Shown in pieces: positions 46,716 through 55,667 of a DNA stretch of 64,000 nt. The notes under the pieces were generated by a model. That model was not told where the DNA came from. It ran no database searches and was given only the letters and a program-made list of their open reading frames with translations. Within the stretch, counting starts at the first letter, position 1. Every line of letters starts with the position of its first letter. The DNA comes from Bacteroidaceae bacterium (lineage in GTDB: Bacteria > Bacteroidota > Bacteroidia > Bacteroidales > Barnesiellaceae_A). The position numbers and the translations under genes were made by a program. The stretch spans positions 4,709-68,708 of the forward strand of contig JAGBHF010000011.1 in NCBI GenBank assembly GCA_017935645.1. The letters run 5' to 3'.

Positions 46716-49093
46716 CAGCTATGTTTTACGCGGTCGCGCTCCTCGGCTTGCTTGGCAGAGTTCCATGTTTCGAGGCTTCCGGTGAGATAACCGGTAATGC
46801 GACGCATACGCATGATATTTTCGCTCTGACACACAGGACAAGTACTATATATTACACCCTTATATCCACAGTGGCGACAGGTATCGATGGGGTGATTGAT
46901 AGAACCATAGCCCACGCCCTCGTCTTGCATGACCTTCACAATCTTGAGTATAACCACCACATTCTTCTTGGCTTCACCATCCAACTCGACATAGGTAATA
47001 TGTCCACCACGGGTAATGGCATGGAACGGAGCCTCTTTCTTAATCTTATCGACAATACTGATAGGCTCTTTCACATCGATGTGGAATGAATTGACATAAT
47101 AGTCGCGATCGGTAACACCGGGTATCACACCATAGCGTTGACGATCCATCTTAGTAAAACGACCCGACAGGCCCTCGGCCGGTGTTGCCAACACCGAGTA
47201 GTTGAGTCCGTAACGGAGCTTATACTCCTCTACCACAGTATTCATCACCTGTATAGCGTCGTAGAGTGTGTTCCAGGCCTCCTGACTATGAGTATGTCCC
47301 TCATCGTATATTGCCACCATTGCATTGTGTCCGCCTATAAAACCGATACCCAATGTACCCGAAAGGAGTACATCGCCCACCTCGTCATTGGGGTTGAGCT
47401 GCATACCACCCTTCCACACATCGTTGCCCATCATAAAGGGGAACTGACGCGCAAGGGCTGTGCGTTGGTATTGATATCGCTCATAGAGCTGTTCGGCAAT
47501 CATGGCAGCCATCATGCGTACCTTCTCGAGGAAGATAATGCGAGCCTCCTTGCGTATAACATGCTTGTCATCATAGGGGTGTAGCTCCTCGGCTTCACGG
47601 CGCGCCTCGATAGCCAATCGAGGCATATTCATAGAGGTAAACGAAAGGTTACCACGACCCCACGAACTCTTTATACCATTAAGATTCTCAAACACGCGAG
47701 TACGGCATCCCATTGTTGCCACCTCATAGCGGAATCTATTGGGGTCATCGGCTCGCCAATCCTCATGTACATTGTAGGGTGCATCGAGGAAGAGGAAGTT
47801 GGGGAAGAGTGATGTTGAGGTTGTCTTACAAGCCATTAGCAAGAGGTCGAAATTGGGTGTCTCAAACGCTATCTTACCGGCCATGGCATCCTCAATATTC
47901 TCCATAGCCTTGTTGTAGTCGGCCTCGGAGTATGATATGCCCTCTTTAACCTTAAATATCTGTATAGGGAAGACAGGAACTTCGCCACTACCAAGACCTT
48001 TTACGGTCGAGGCCAACAACTCGCGCATAACCATACGACCCTCGGCGCTGGTATCTGTACCATAGTTGATAGAGCTGAACACGACTTGATTACCACCGCG
48101 CGAGTGCATGGTGTTGAGGTTGTGTATAAGACCCTCCATGGCTTGATGGGTATCCTTACGGGTCGACTCGTAGCTATGCTCCCACAGTTTGTGCAACTCG
48201 GCTTCGGTTATATCCAAGCCTTTCTCTTGCAATACTTTCATCACCAAAGCACTCTGTGCATCATTCTCGGCAATGGTAGTGATTGTATCGGCAAAGGCGG
48301 CTTTCAACTCTACTACCCCATCACGACCTTTCAATTCCATCAAGAAAGCTATGCCATCAATGAGATGTTTGCGAAAACTCTTGAGCACACCGGGAGCCAT
48401 GAAATGGTCGAAAGCAGGGATAGACTGTCCGCCGTGTTGCTCATTCTGGTTGGTCTGGAAAATAATTGTTGCCAATGTAGCATAACTAAATATCGATTGA
48501 GGCGGACGCACAGTACCATTCTTGGTGTGGAAACCACGTGAGAAGATATCATCAAGGTCATACTGTGTACAGGTAGTGGTCTTGGTGGGATAATAATCGA
48601 GGTCGTGGATGTGAATGTCGCCATTCTTGTGCGCACGAGCATAGCGCACGCCTACCAAGTATTTGTAAGCATAATCTTTGGTAACTTCCGATGCAAAAGT
48701 CATCATCTGTCCGGCAGGAGTATGCGACGACATATTGGCATTGCTCAAGTTGACATCATTCTTCTCAACCGAAACAATACCATCCATTACATGCTTCATC
48801 GAAGTGCGTTTATCGCGCTCCTTGGTACGCCACTCACGATAGATTATATAACGCTTGGCTATATCGGGGTTGACACGCATCAATTCCTTCTCTACAAGGT
48901 CTTGCACCTGCTCTACACTAACCTGCTCGGTGGTGATATTTTGCATCACACGCTCGGCTACTTGGTTGATGGTAGCCTCATCGTTGATGTTACCGGCACG
49001 ATAAGCCTTCTCGATGGCACGCTTGATCTTGTCTATCGAAAATACTTCCGACGCTCCGTCGCGCTTGATGATGGTAATGACTTTAGTCTCCAT
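46715..49093 (-). CDS. nrdD: anaerobic ribonucleoside-triphosphate reductase (class III)
   Basis: 792 aa. N-terminal ATP-cone (VIKRDG...F...KI), a C-terminal Zn ribbon CRHCGY...CPVCQ, and the glycyl-radical motif MRRITGYL. Confidence 0.94.
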   Translation of the reverse strand: METKVITIIKRDGASEVFSIDKIKRAIEKAYRAGNINDEATINQVAERVMQNITTEQVSVEQVQDLVEKELMRVNPDIAKRYIIYREWRTKERDKRTSMKHVMDGIVSVEKNDVNLSNANMSSHTPAGQMMTFASEVTKDYAYKYLVGVRYARAHKNGDIHIHDLDYYPTKTTTCTQYDLDDIFSRGFHTKNGTVRPPQSIFSYATLATIIFQTNQNEQHGGQSIPAFDHFMAPGVLKSFRKHLIDGIAFLMELKGRDGVVELKAAFADTITTIAENDAQSALVMKVLQEKGLDITEAELHKLWEHSYESTRKDTHQAMEGLIHNLNTMHSRGGNQVVFSSINYGTDTSAEGRMVMRELLASTVKGLGSGEVPVFPIQIFKVKEGISYSEADYNKAMENIEDAMAGKIAFETPNFDLLLMACKTTSTSLFPNFLFLDAPYNVHEDWRADDPNRFRYEVATMGCRTRVFENLNGIKSSWGRGNLSFTSMNMPRLAIEARREAEELHPYDDKHVIRKEARIIFLEKVRMMAAMIAEQLYERYQYQRTALARQFPFMMGNDVWKGGMQLNPNDEVGDVLLSGTLGIGFIGGHNAMVAIYDEGHTHSQEAWNTLYDAIQVMNTVVEEYKLRYGLNYSVLATPAEGLSGRFTKMDRQRYGVIPGVTDRDYYVNSFHIDVKEPISIVDKIKKEAPFHAITRGGHITYVELDGEAKKNVVVILKIVKVMQDEGVGYGSINHPIDTCRHCGYKGVIYSTCPVCQSENIMRMRRITGYLTGSLETWNSAKQAEERDRVKHS

Positions 49094-49255
49094 TAGTTAT
49101 GCTATTGGGGTTAAATATTTACATTAAAAAAGGTAGTGTTCCGTGGCGAAATCGAGTGTAAAGGTATAGCTTTTCTGCCACATTTACGGCAAGAAAAAGC
49201 ATATATTTTTCAATAAAAATATGATTTGCATAGTTGCATTGATAAACTTTTTTGA

Positions 49256-49263
49256 TAACTTTG
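49256..49263 (+). promoter_or_regulatory. -7 promoter box (TAnnTTTG) for folK
   Basis: TAACTTTG, 43 nt upstream of the ATG at 49306. Confidence 0.5.
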
Positions 49264-49305
49264 CAACACAAAACAAGCCTTATAATACTTTTTAAGCGGT
49301 ATTTT

Positions 49306-49773
49306 ATGAAACTTTTTATTATTGGACTTGGCTCAAATATCGGAGAAAGAGAGCAAATTATAATGCAAGCGATTGCCTTGATAGGCGAGCGCATAGGCAC
49401 TGTAGAAGCTCAATCGTCAATGTACCAAACACAAGCCGAGGGGTTTGAGTCGGATAATCTCTTTGTAAACGCGGTTATAACCGTACGCAGCACTTTGGAG
49501 CCACACGAAGTATTGTCGCGCACACATCAAATAGAACTCGACCTCGGATGCTCGACACACCGCAATGCCGATGGTACATACTGCGATCGCTCGCTCGATA
49601 TAGACCTCATCGCTTGCGATGACATAGTGTGTTGCGACGAAACATTGACACTTCCTCACCCCCGCATGCACGTGCGCAATTTTGTACTCGACCCCTTATG
49701 CGAGATAGCTCCGCAATGGATACACCCTACCCTGCACCGTACCGCAACACAACTGCGTGAGGAGATTAAATAA
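49306..49773 (+). CDS. folK: 2-amino-4-hydroxy-6-hydroxymethyldihydropteridine diphosphokinase
   Basis: MKLFIIGLGSNIGERE ... RSLDIDLI ... LTLPHPRMHVRNFVLDPLCEIAP. The ATG at 49306 is preferred over the upstream ORF-track start. Confidence 0.88.
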   Translation: MKLFIIGLGSNIGEREQIIMQAIALIGERIGTVEAQSSMYQTQAEGFESDNLFVNAVITVRSTLEPHEVLSRTHQIELDLGCSTHRNADGTYCDRSLDIDLIACDDIVCCDETLTLPHPRMHVRNFVLDPLCEIAPQWIHPTLHRTATQLREEIK

Positions 49774-49806
49774 CAATTCTATTCATTATCGCGACTTTGG
49801 CTTTGG

Positions 49807-49879
49807 CCCAAGATAGCTACGCTCGGGATAAAAAATAAGTAAACTTATTTTGTTCTCCACTCGCTTATCGCTATCTTTG
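49807..49879 (+). repeat. single inverted-orientation copy of the 21.3-kb intergenic module, ending in the -7 box of the downstream T9SS gene
   Basis: The 73 nt differ at only 3 positions from the reverse complement of array unit 1 (21318-21390). The copy ends in TATCTTTG (49872-49879), 39 nt upstream of the ATG at 49918. Confidence 0.85.
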
Positions 49880-49917
49880 CACCGTCGGAGAGAAACATCT
49901 AAATCTATTAAATAAAT

Positions 49918-51849
49918 ATGAAAAATTTTACAGTACTTTTGCTGACAGCTATTCTTGCTATCAGCGGTGTATCGGCTCAACCGGTAGTGTTGGAGTATGA
50001 CTTTAACGATGGTGATAAGACCGGTATTACTTTCTATGATGTAGACCAACTTACCCCTTCATCTTTCATGCAAAGTATCGGCTTTGCAGTAGACAACCCT
50101 TGGGTTCTTATAATGGATAGTGCTACCAGCAAAGATATGTTTATAGGTAGTACTTCGCAGTATACTCCTGCAGGACAAGCTAATGACTGGATGGTATTGC
50201 CCGCTGTGGAAGTTCTTAACGAAAACATGATGCTTGAGTGGAAATCGCAAGCCTTTATGGCCAATAAACGCGATGGATTGAAAATATTCATCTCGACAAA
50301 GGGTAATCAACCTGCCGACTTCCCCGCTGAACCCGCATGGGAGATTGAACAAGAGGAGATTGGTGCTACAGAAGATTACTTTGAAGGTGAGTTTATCTCA
50401 CACGAATTGTCATTGGCTCAATATGCCGGAAAGACTATTTATATAGCCTTTGTAAACCAAAGCTACGACAAGAGTATCATTGCCATAGACGATATAAAGG
50501 TGTATAGCAACGATAAGTTTGCCCTTAACCTCAACTTGGGCAATGTTGTCAACGAGGTTTATGAGGTTGTATTTGAGGGAGAGATTATCAACTACCAATA
50601 TGACAAACTTGATGAAGTAGCTGTTACATTGGAGTATGACGGTGTGAGTGTAAGCGAGACTCTCGCCAATCTCAATATTGCTCGTGGCGAAGCTGCTCCT
50701 TTCACATTGAACCACAAAATGCCCATCGGCTTAAATCAAACTATCCGATATACAATACACGCCGTAGTAGGTAATGATAGATATGACTACGCATCGTCGG
50801 TAACCAACACCTTCCGTCGTCGTGTCGTTATCGAGGAACATACCGGCGTACGTTGTGGCTACTGCCCCTTGGGTACATGGGCTATCGATTCTATCAAGGA
50901 GATTGCTCCCGATAAGATTGCTCCTATCGCTGTTCAATGCGCTCAATTGGGTAGTGTAAATCTTATTGTCGATGATTATACCGGAGGTCTTTTCTCAAAC
51001 GGTCTTACAGCCTATCCTATCGGTTGGATAGACCGTACATATGCTGCAACCCCCAATGGTAATGCCAATGGCTATCACTTTGACGACGAGGCTTCTTGGA
51101 TTTCACTCTTCAATAAGCAACTTAACGAGGTACCCGAAGCCGGTGTTACGGTTACAGCCGCATTGAACGATGATAAAACTTCTATCATTGCCGAGACCAA
51201 GGTGCGCACTGCAGTAGATAAGGACAACATCGACTGGCGAGTAGTGTATGTCCTTACCGAAGATAGTGTTACAGGATATTTTCAATCAAACAACTATTCG
51301 GGTCACAATGGATACGTAGGTGGATGGGAGAAGAAACCCAAAAGCGTTGAGGTAGAGCTTCACGACCTCGCTCGCGGTATATACCCCAACTTCTACGGCT
51401 TGGAGGGTAGTCTGCCCTCTACAATGAGTGCCGGTGTTGAAGAGACATACAGCTACACTTTCGAGATACCCTATACCAAGGTGTTGGGTGAGTCTACAAT
51501 CGATTTTGTACAAAATATTAAAAATCTCAACGTTGTGGCCATGGTTGTTGATGGCAAAACCAAACGTGTGATAAATGCCGATATGACTCGTGTTAAAGAC
51601 CTCACCGGTATCAATGGTGTTAGCACCGAGGCAGGTGTAAAATGCATTGTTGAGAACGGCACTGTAAGAGTAATAACAAGTGATAATGCAACAATGGTCG
51701 CTTCGTTGATAGCACTCGATGGTCGCACTCTTGCTACTACAACCGGTCGTGGTACTGCTACACTCAATACTGCCGGATACCAAGGCGTAGCACTCGTACA
51801 AGTAGTAGCCAATGGCGCTGTTGAAGTAACAAAAGTTATCGTGCGATAA
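49918..51849 (+). CDS. T9SS-sorted protein with a choice-of-anchor-J-like N-terminal domain and an Omp28-related/thioredoxin-like domain
   Basis: 643 aa with a signal peptide. DWMVLPAV...LEWKSQAF...IYIAFVNQS...IAIDDIKVY; VIEEHTGVRCGYCPLG (CxxC); C-terminus GYQGVALVQVVANGAVEVTKVIVR. Confidence 0.75.
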   Translation: MKNFTVLLLTAILAISGVSAQPVVLEYDFNDGDKTGITFYDVDQLTPSSFMQSIGFAVDNPWVLIMDSATSKDMFIGSTSQYTPAGQANDWMVLPAVEVLNENMMLEWKSQAFMANKRDGLKIFISTKGNQPADFPAEPAWEIEQEEIGATEDYFEGEFISHELSLAQYAGKTIYIAFVNQSYDKSIIAIDDIKVYSNDKFALNLNLGNVVNEVYEVVFEGEIINYQYDKLDEVAVTLEYDGVSVSETLANLNIARGEAAPFTLNHKMPIGLNQTIRYTIHAVVGNDRYDYASSVTNTFRRRVVIEEHTGVRCGYCPLGTWAIDSIKEIAPDKIAPIAVQCAQLGSVNLIVDDYTGGLFSNGLTAYPIGWIDRTYAATPNGNANGYHFDDEASWISLFNKQLNEVPEAGVTVTAALNDDKTSIIAETKVRTAVDKDNIDWRVVYVLTEDSVTGYFQSNNYSGHNGYVGGWEKKPKSVEVELHDLARGIYPNFYGLEGSLPSTMSAGVEETYSYTFEIPYTKVLGESTIDFVQNIKNLNVVAMVVDGKTKRVINADMTRVKDLTGINGVSTEAGVKCIVENGTVRVITSDNATMVASLIALDGRTLATTTGRGTATLNTAGYQGVALVQVVANGAVEVTKVIVR

Positions 51850-51879
51850 AGAGAATTTTTTATCTATCATTTTATACAA

Positions 51880-51910
51880 CAAGCGAAGCCTTCGATGAGG
51901 GCTTCGCTTG
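51880..51910. terminator. bidirectional terminator between convergent genes
   Basis: 11-bp arms CAAGCGAAGCC / GGCTTCGCTTG with a 9-nt loop. Confidence 0.75.
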
Positions 51911-51938
51911 CTATATATACATATAATAATAGCGAGGG

Positions 51939-53231
51939 TCAGAAGTTGTACTGTATCATTGTATTGATACGATGTGCACTGCCCGACACGCCATCGTAAT
52001 TATGCCTGCTACCATATAGGTACTCAATACCTATCTGACAATTGGCAAAAGGCGAGTAAAAAGCATTGGCAACAAGATATTGAGCATATCGATAGGCCGA
52101 CGCTGATAGCGAGGGCTGGTCGTAAAGTCTACACTGGCTATAGGCTGCCGATACAAACAATCCGGGACGTATCGTATATTGCACACCACCCACCAAGCCT
52201 AAGGCATAAGGAGCCACCATTGTGCCACTGCGTTCGCCGGGAATAAGGTCATAGCCATAACCACCAAGGTCGTTGAGATAGCTGCCATATCCTCTACCAT
52301 ATACACCCTGCATATAGAATGTAAAGTGTCGCGAGGCTTGAATAACACCACTGAGTTGTGTTGCCCAACAAAACGCATATTGATTCTTGTCGGCAACAAG
52401 ATTGCGATAGGAAAGCAAGCGCAACAGGTTGGACAATCGTATGTGACTGCGACCCTCGTCCCATTTATATTGTATGTATGAAGGGAGGTCGGGTACACGT
52501 TGCGCTATGGCATCACAATACTGTTGGTGTGTTGTGTAAGTAGCCGAGGGAGTCTCTACAGCCATTACCATTTCCCAGTTACGACCCATGGGTTGAACAT
52601 ATTGCAGCACGGTATTCATTGTAAGAACCGTACCCGAAGGGCCTTGAAAGTCGATGGTAGGAGGAGCGGCTGCTACGTCACAGAAGGTACTCCATGTACG
52701 CCCTACTTTGAGACGCCACAGCTCTATGTAGGCCTGTCGTAGACGCATACCGTAATAACCGGCAGCCGAACCTCGAAAATCACTCTCGATGTAAACCGTA
52801 AACTCGCCCACGACTTTATTGCGTCCTACTAACTTAAAGAAGAGCCGTGAGGTAGAAGCATCCATACGAAATTGGTTGCGCATGTCGGGTTGAGGCGGCG
52901 CAGGAATAGTGGCAGTAATAAAATCGGGACTATTGGCAATACCACCCATATCTATCGACATCGTTCCCTTTACATATCCACCTATACCCAATGCCACACG
53001 GCCCTTGCGGTCAAGAAACAGAAAACGTGGTGCTCGGGGGTCTTGAAAGTGGCGTCCGTTGGCCTCATACATAGCCTTCATTACTTCATAGGATGTGTTC
53101 TGCGGGTTGTTTTTCTCGGTAGTTACAATTACCGCCGAATGGTGGTGTATGGTATCGTTGCTCATCATCTGAGCATTTGCGCCAAAGCACAACACTACAC
53201 ATACCATAGTTGATATTAAAACTTTTCTCAT
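51939..53231 (-). CDS. outer-membrane porin (DcaP-like)
   Basis: Signal peptide MRKVLISTMVCVVLCFGANAQ (the ATG at 53231 is preferred), a beta-strand-rich sequence, and a C-terminal ...INTMIQYNF. Confidence 0.65.
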   Translation of the reverse strand: MRKVLISTMVCVVLCFGANAQMMSNDTIHHHSAVIVTTEKNNPQNTSYEVMKAMYEANGRHFQDPRAPRFLFLDRKGRVALGIGGYVKGTMSIDMGGIANSPDFITATIPAPPQPDMRNQFRMDASTSRLFFKLVGRNKVVGEFTVYIESDFRGSAAGYYGMRLRQAYIELWRLKVGRTWSTFCDVAAAPPTIDFQGPSGTVLTMNTVLQYVQPMGRNWEMVMAVETPSATYTTHQQYCDAIAQRVPDLPSYIQYKWDEGRSHIRLSNLLRLLSYRNLVADKNQYAFCWATQLSGVIQASRHFTFYMQGVYGRGYGSYLNDLGGYGYDLIPGERSGTMVAPYALGLVGGVQYTIRPGLFVSAAYSQCRLYDQPSLSASAYRYAQYLVANAFYSPFANCQIGIEYLYGSRHNYDGVSGSAHRINTMIQYNF

Positions 53232-53343
53232 ACTTGAATAGATTGAATGATTTATATCCAAAACAATAGAGCGTTGCGTAAAGTTTAAATAAACCATTGC
53301 CATGCGTAGTGCGTTATTAAGGACAAACTATAGAAACAATACT

Positions 53344-54819
53344 ATGGCAAATATTGGAAAAACTGCGAAGTTGAGTGTGGCAACACTCGCTATCATGAAC
53401 GTAACGGCGGTAGTGTCGTTGCGCGGACTCCCTGCCGAGGCGGAGTATGGCTTAAGCTCGGCATTCTACTATCTTTTTGCAGCATTGGTGTTTCTCATCC
53501 CCACAGCATTGGTGGCGGCCGAGTTGGCGGCTATGTTCTCCAACAAGCAAGGAGGCGTATTTCGCTGGGTCGGTGAGGCATTTGGCAAGCGCATGGGATT
53601 TCTTGCAATATGGTTGCAATGGGTCGAGAGTACAATCTGGTATCCTACTGTACTCACTTTTGGAGCTGTGTCGTTGGCATTCATCGGCATGGATAGTACC
53701 TACGACATGACATTGGCATCCAATCGCATGTACACACTCATCGTTGTACTTGTCATCTATTGGCTGGCCACTTTCATCTCGCTCAAAGGCATGTCGTGGG
53801 TAGGTCGTGTATCGAAAATAGGCGGACTTGTAGGAACTATAATCCCTGCCGGCCTATTGGTTGTGTTGGCTATTATCTACTTGGCAACAGGTGGTAAATC
53901 GCAAATGGACTTCAGCGGCAACTTCTTCCCTGACCTGAGCAATTTCAACAACTTAGTGCTGGCAGCAGGTATATTCCTGTTCTACGCCGGTATGGAGATG
54001 GGTGGTATACACGTACAAGAGGTCGATAACCCCTCTCGCAATTACCCCAAAGCAGTATTTATCGGCTCACTTATAACGGTGCTTATCTTCGTGTTGGGTA
54101 CATTCTCATTGGGTATCATTATCCCTCGCAATGAAATAAACCTTACCCAGAGTCTGTTGGTAGGATTTGACCGCTATCTGGCTTATGTCAAGGCCTCATG
54201 GTTCTCACCCGTGATAGCAGTAGCATTGTCATTCGGTGTATTGGCGGGAGTACTTACATGGGTAGCAGGCCCATCAAAAGGTATCTTTGCCGTAGGTCGT
54301 GCCGGTTATTTACCCCCATTCTTCCAGAAAACCAATAGCCGAGGTGTACAACGCAACATTCTATTCATTCAAGGCGGTATTGTTACACTCTTAGGACTGC
54401 TATTTGTTGTTATGCCATCGGTGCAAAGTTTCTACCAAATCCTCTCGCAACTCACCGTGTTGTTATACCTCATCATGTATTTGTTGATGTTCGCCGCAGC
54501 CATCTATCTGCGCTATAACATGAAGAAGGCCAAGCGCCCCTTCCGCATCGGCAATAGCGGTAACATGCTCATGTGGATAGTTGCCGGCATAGGATTTTTA
54601 GGCTCACTCTTGGCATTTGTGCTCAGCTTTATCCCACCCGGACAGATAGCCGTAGGCAGCAGTGCCGTGTGGTATGCCGTACTGGTGATAGGTTGCATCG
54701 TTGTTGTTGCCGTACCGCTCATCATCTACGCATTGCGCAAACCCGAGTGGCGCGATCCTTCGGCAAACTTTGAGCCTTTCCATTGGGAAGAAAACCCCTC
54801 GACCGAGAATAAAAAGTGA
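53344..54819 (+). CDS. APC-family amino acid permease, glutamate:GABA antiporter (GadC)-like
   Basis: About 12 TM segments. N-terminal region ...LIPTALVAAELAAMFSNKQGGVFRWVGEAFG resembles the GadC subfamily. The ATG at 53344 is preferred. Confidence 0.8.
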   Translation: MANIGKTAKLSVATLAIMNVTAVVSLRGLPAEAEYGLSSAFYYLFAALVFLIPTALVAAELAAMFSNKQGGVFRWVGEAFGKRMGFLAIWLQWVESTIWYPTVLTFGAVSLAFIGMDSTYDMTLASNRMYTLIVVLVIYWLATFISLKGMSWVGRVSKIGGLVGTIIPAGLLVVLAIIYLATGGKSQMDFSGNFFPDLSNFNNLVLAAGIFLFYAGMEMGGIHVQEVDNPSRNYPKAVFIGSLITVLIFVLGTFSLGIIIPRNEINLTQSLLVGFDRYLAYVKASWFSPVIAVALSFGVLAGVLTWVAGPSKGIFAVGRAGYLPPFFQKTNSRGVQRNILFIQGGIVTLLGLLFVVMPSVQSFYQILSQLTVLLYLIMYLLMFAAAIYLRYNMKKAKRPFRIGNSGNMLMWIVAGIGFLGSLLAFVLSFIPPGQIAVGSSAVWYAVLVIGCIVVVAVPLIIYALRKPEWRDPSANFEPFHWEENPSTENKK

Positions 54820-54901
54820 TAAGGCATTGTTATAAGAAAGCATATAGATTAAGAAAGCCTCTTGCCGGAAGTAAATAAGATTATTTCTATACCTATAATA
54901 G

Positions 54902-54938
54902 TCCGTTGTGGTTAGGAACTACAGCGGATTATTTTTTG
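54902..54938 (+). terminator. rho-independent terminator after the permease gene
   Basis: TCCGTTGTGGTT / AACTACAGCGGA forms 12 bp, including two G-U pairs that work only on the plus-strand RNA. TTATTTTTTG follows. Confidence 0.7.
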
Positions 54939-54987
54939 TGAATGGACAAAAATTGTAGATTTTATTTGCATAATAAAATTTTCTTCA

Positions 54988-55025
54988 TACTTTTGTATTA
55001 ACAAAATTGTTAAACAATATTGTTT
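54988..55025 (+). promoter_or_regulatory. promoter -7 box plus two overlapping palindromic operators upstream of the TetR-efflux operon
   Basis: TACTTTTG at 54988-54995. TTAACAA-AA-TTGTTAA at 54998-55013. The perfect 14-bp palindrome AAACAATATTGTTT at 55012-55025. The ATG is at 55038. Confidence 0.6.
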
Positions 55026-55037
55026 AATGATAAAACG

Positions 55038-55664
55038 ATGGATAATAAAGAAAAGCAAAACAAAGAATATCAAATACTTATCGCTGCAGAGCAGGAGTTT
55101 TTGACAAAGGGCTACGATGGGGCACGTACTACCTCGATAGCAAAAGCTGCAGGTGTTACCCATGCCATGTTGCACTACTACTTCCGCACCAAAGAGCAAC
55201 TATTCGAACGCATCGTTGATGAGAAGTTTGCCACGATGTCGCACTCAATGTTCGCAATTATGGGCGACCCATCGCTACCGATTATTGAGCGTATCAAGGG
55301 TGGTATTTCTGCCCACTTTGACTTTATTGCCGAAAATCCCCTCTTACCCCGCTTTATAATTAACGAAATCGTTACCCGACCCGAACACTACGAGGTATTA
55401 TATAAGCGCATATCCTTGATTATTGAGACGATTTTTCATGATTTACAATTCGAAGTAAATCGAGCCGCCGAGCGTGGTGAAATAGAAAGGGTCGACGTAA
55501 AGATGATACTCATCAGCATCATGTCGATGAACATCTTTACCTTCCTCGCATATCCGTTTATGGAACCCCTGATGGGCGAGTTGATGGCCAACCGCGACAA
55601 ATTCTTGGCAGCACGTAAGGCTGAAAACATTGAAACCATTATGAAACGAATCAAAAAGCAATAA
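55038..55664 (+). CDS. TetR/AcrR family transcriptional regulator
   Basis: N-terminal HTH ILIAAEQEFLTKGYDGARTTSIAKAAGVTHAMLHYYF. The ATG at 55038 is preferred over the TTG at 55020. Confidence 0.9.
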   Translation: MDNKEKQNKEYQILIAAEQEFLTKGYDGARTTSIAKAAGVTHAMLHYYFRTKEQLFERIVDEKFATMSHSMFAIMGDPSLPIIERIKGGISAHFDFIAENPLLPRFIINEIVTRPEHYEVLYKRISLIIETIFHDLQFEVNRAAERGEIERVDVKMILISIMSMNIFTFLAYPFMEPLMGELMANRDKFLAARKAENIETIMKRIKKQ

Positions 55665-55667
55665 GTT

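Noticed and set aside
49094-49305. Cobalamin riboswitch or other known leader upstream of nrdD.
   Set aside because: The ~200-nt region shows only short hairpins. It has no recognisable B12-box-like conserved core and no other riboswitch signature I can identify by eye. I cannot exclude a novel leader without covariation analysis.
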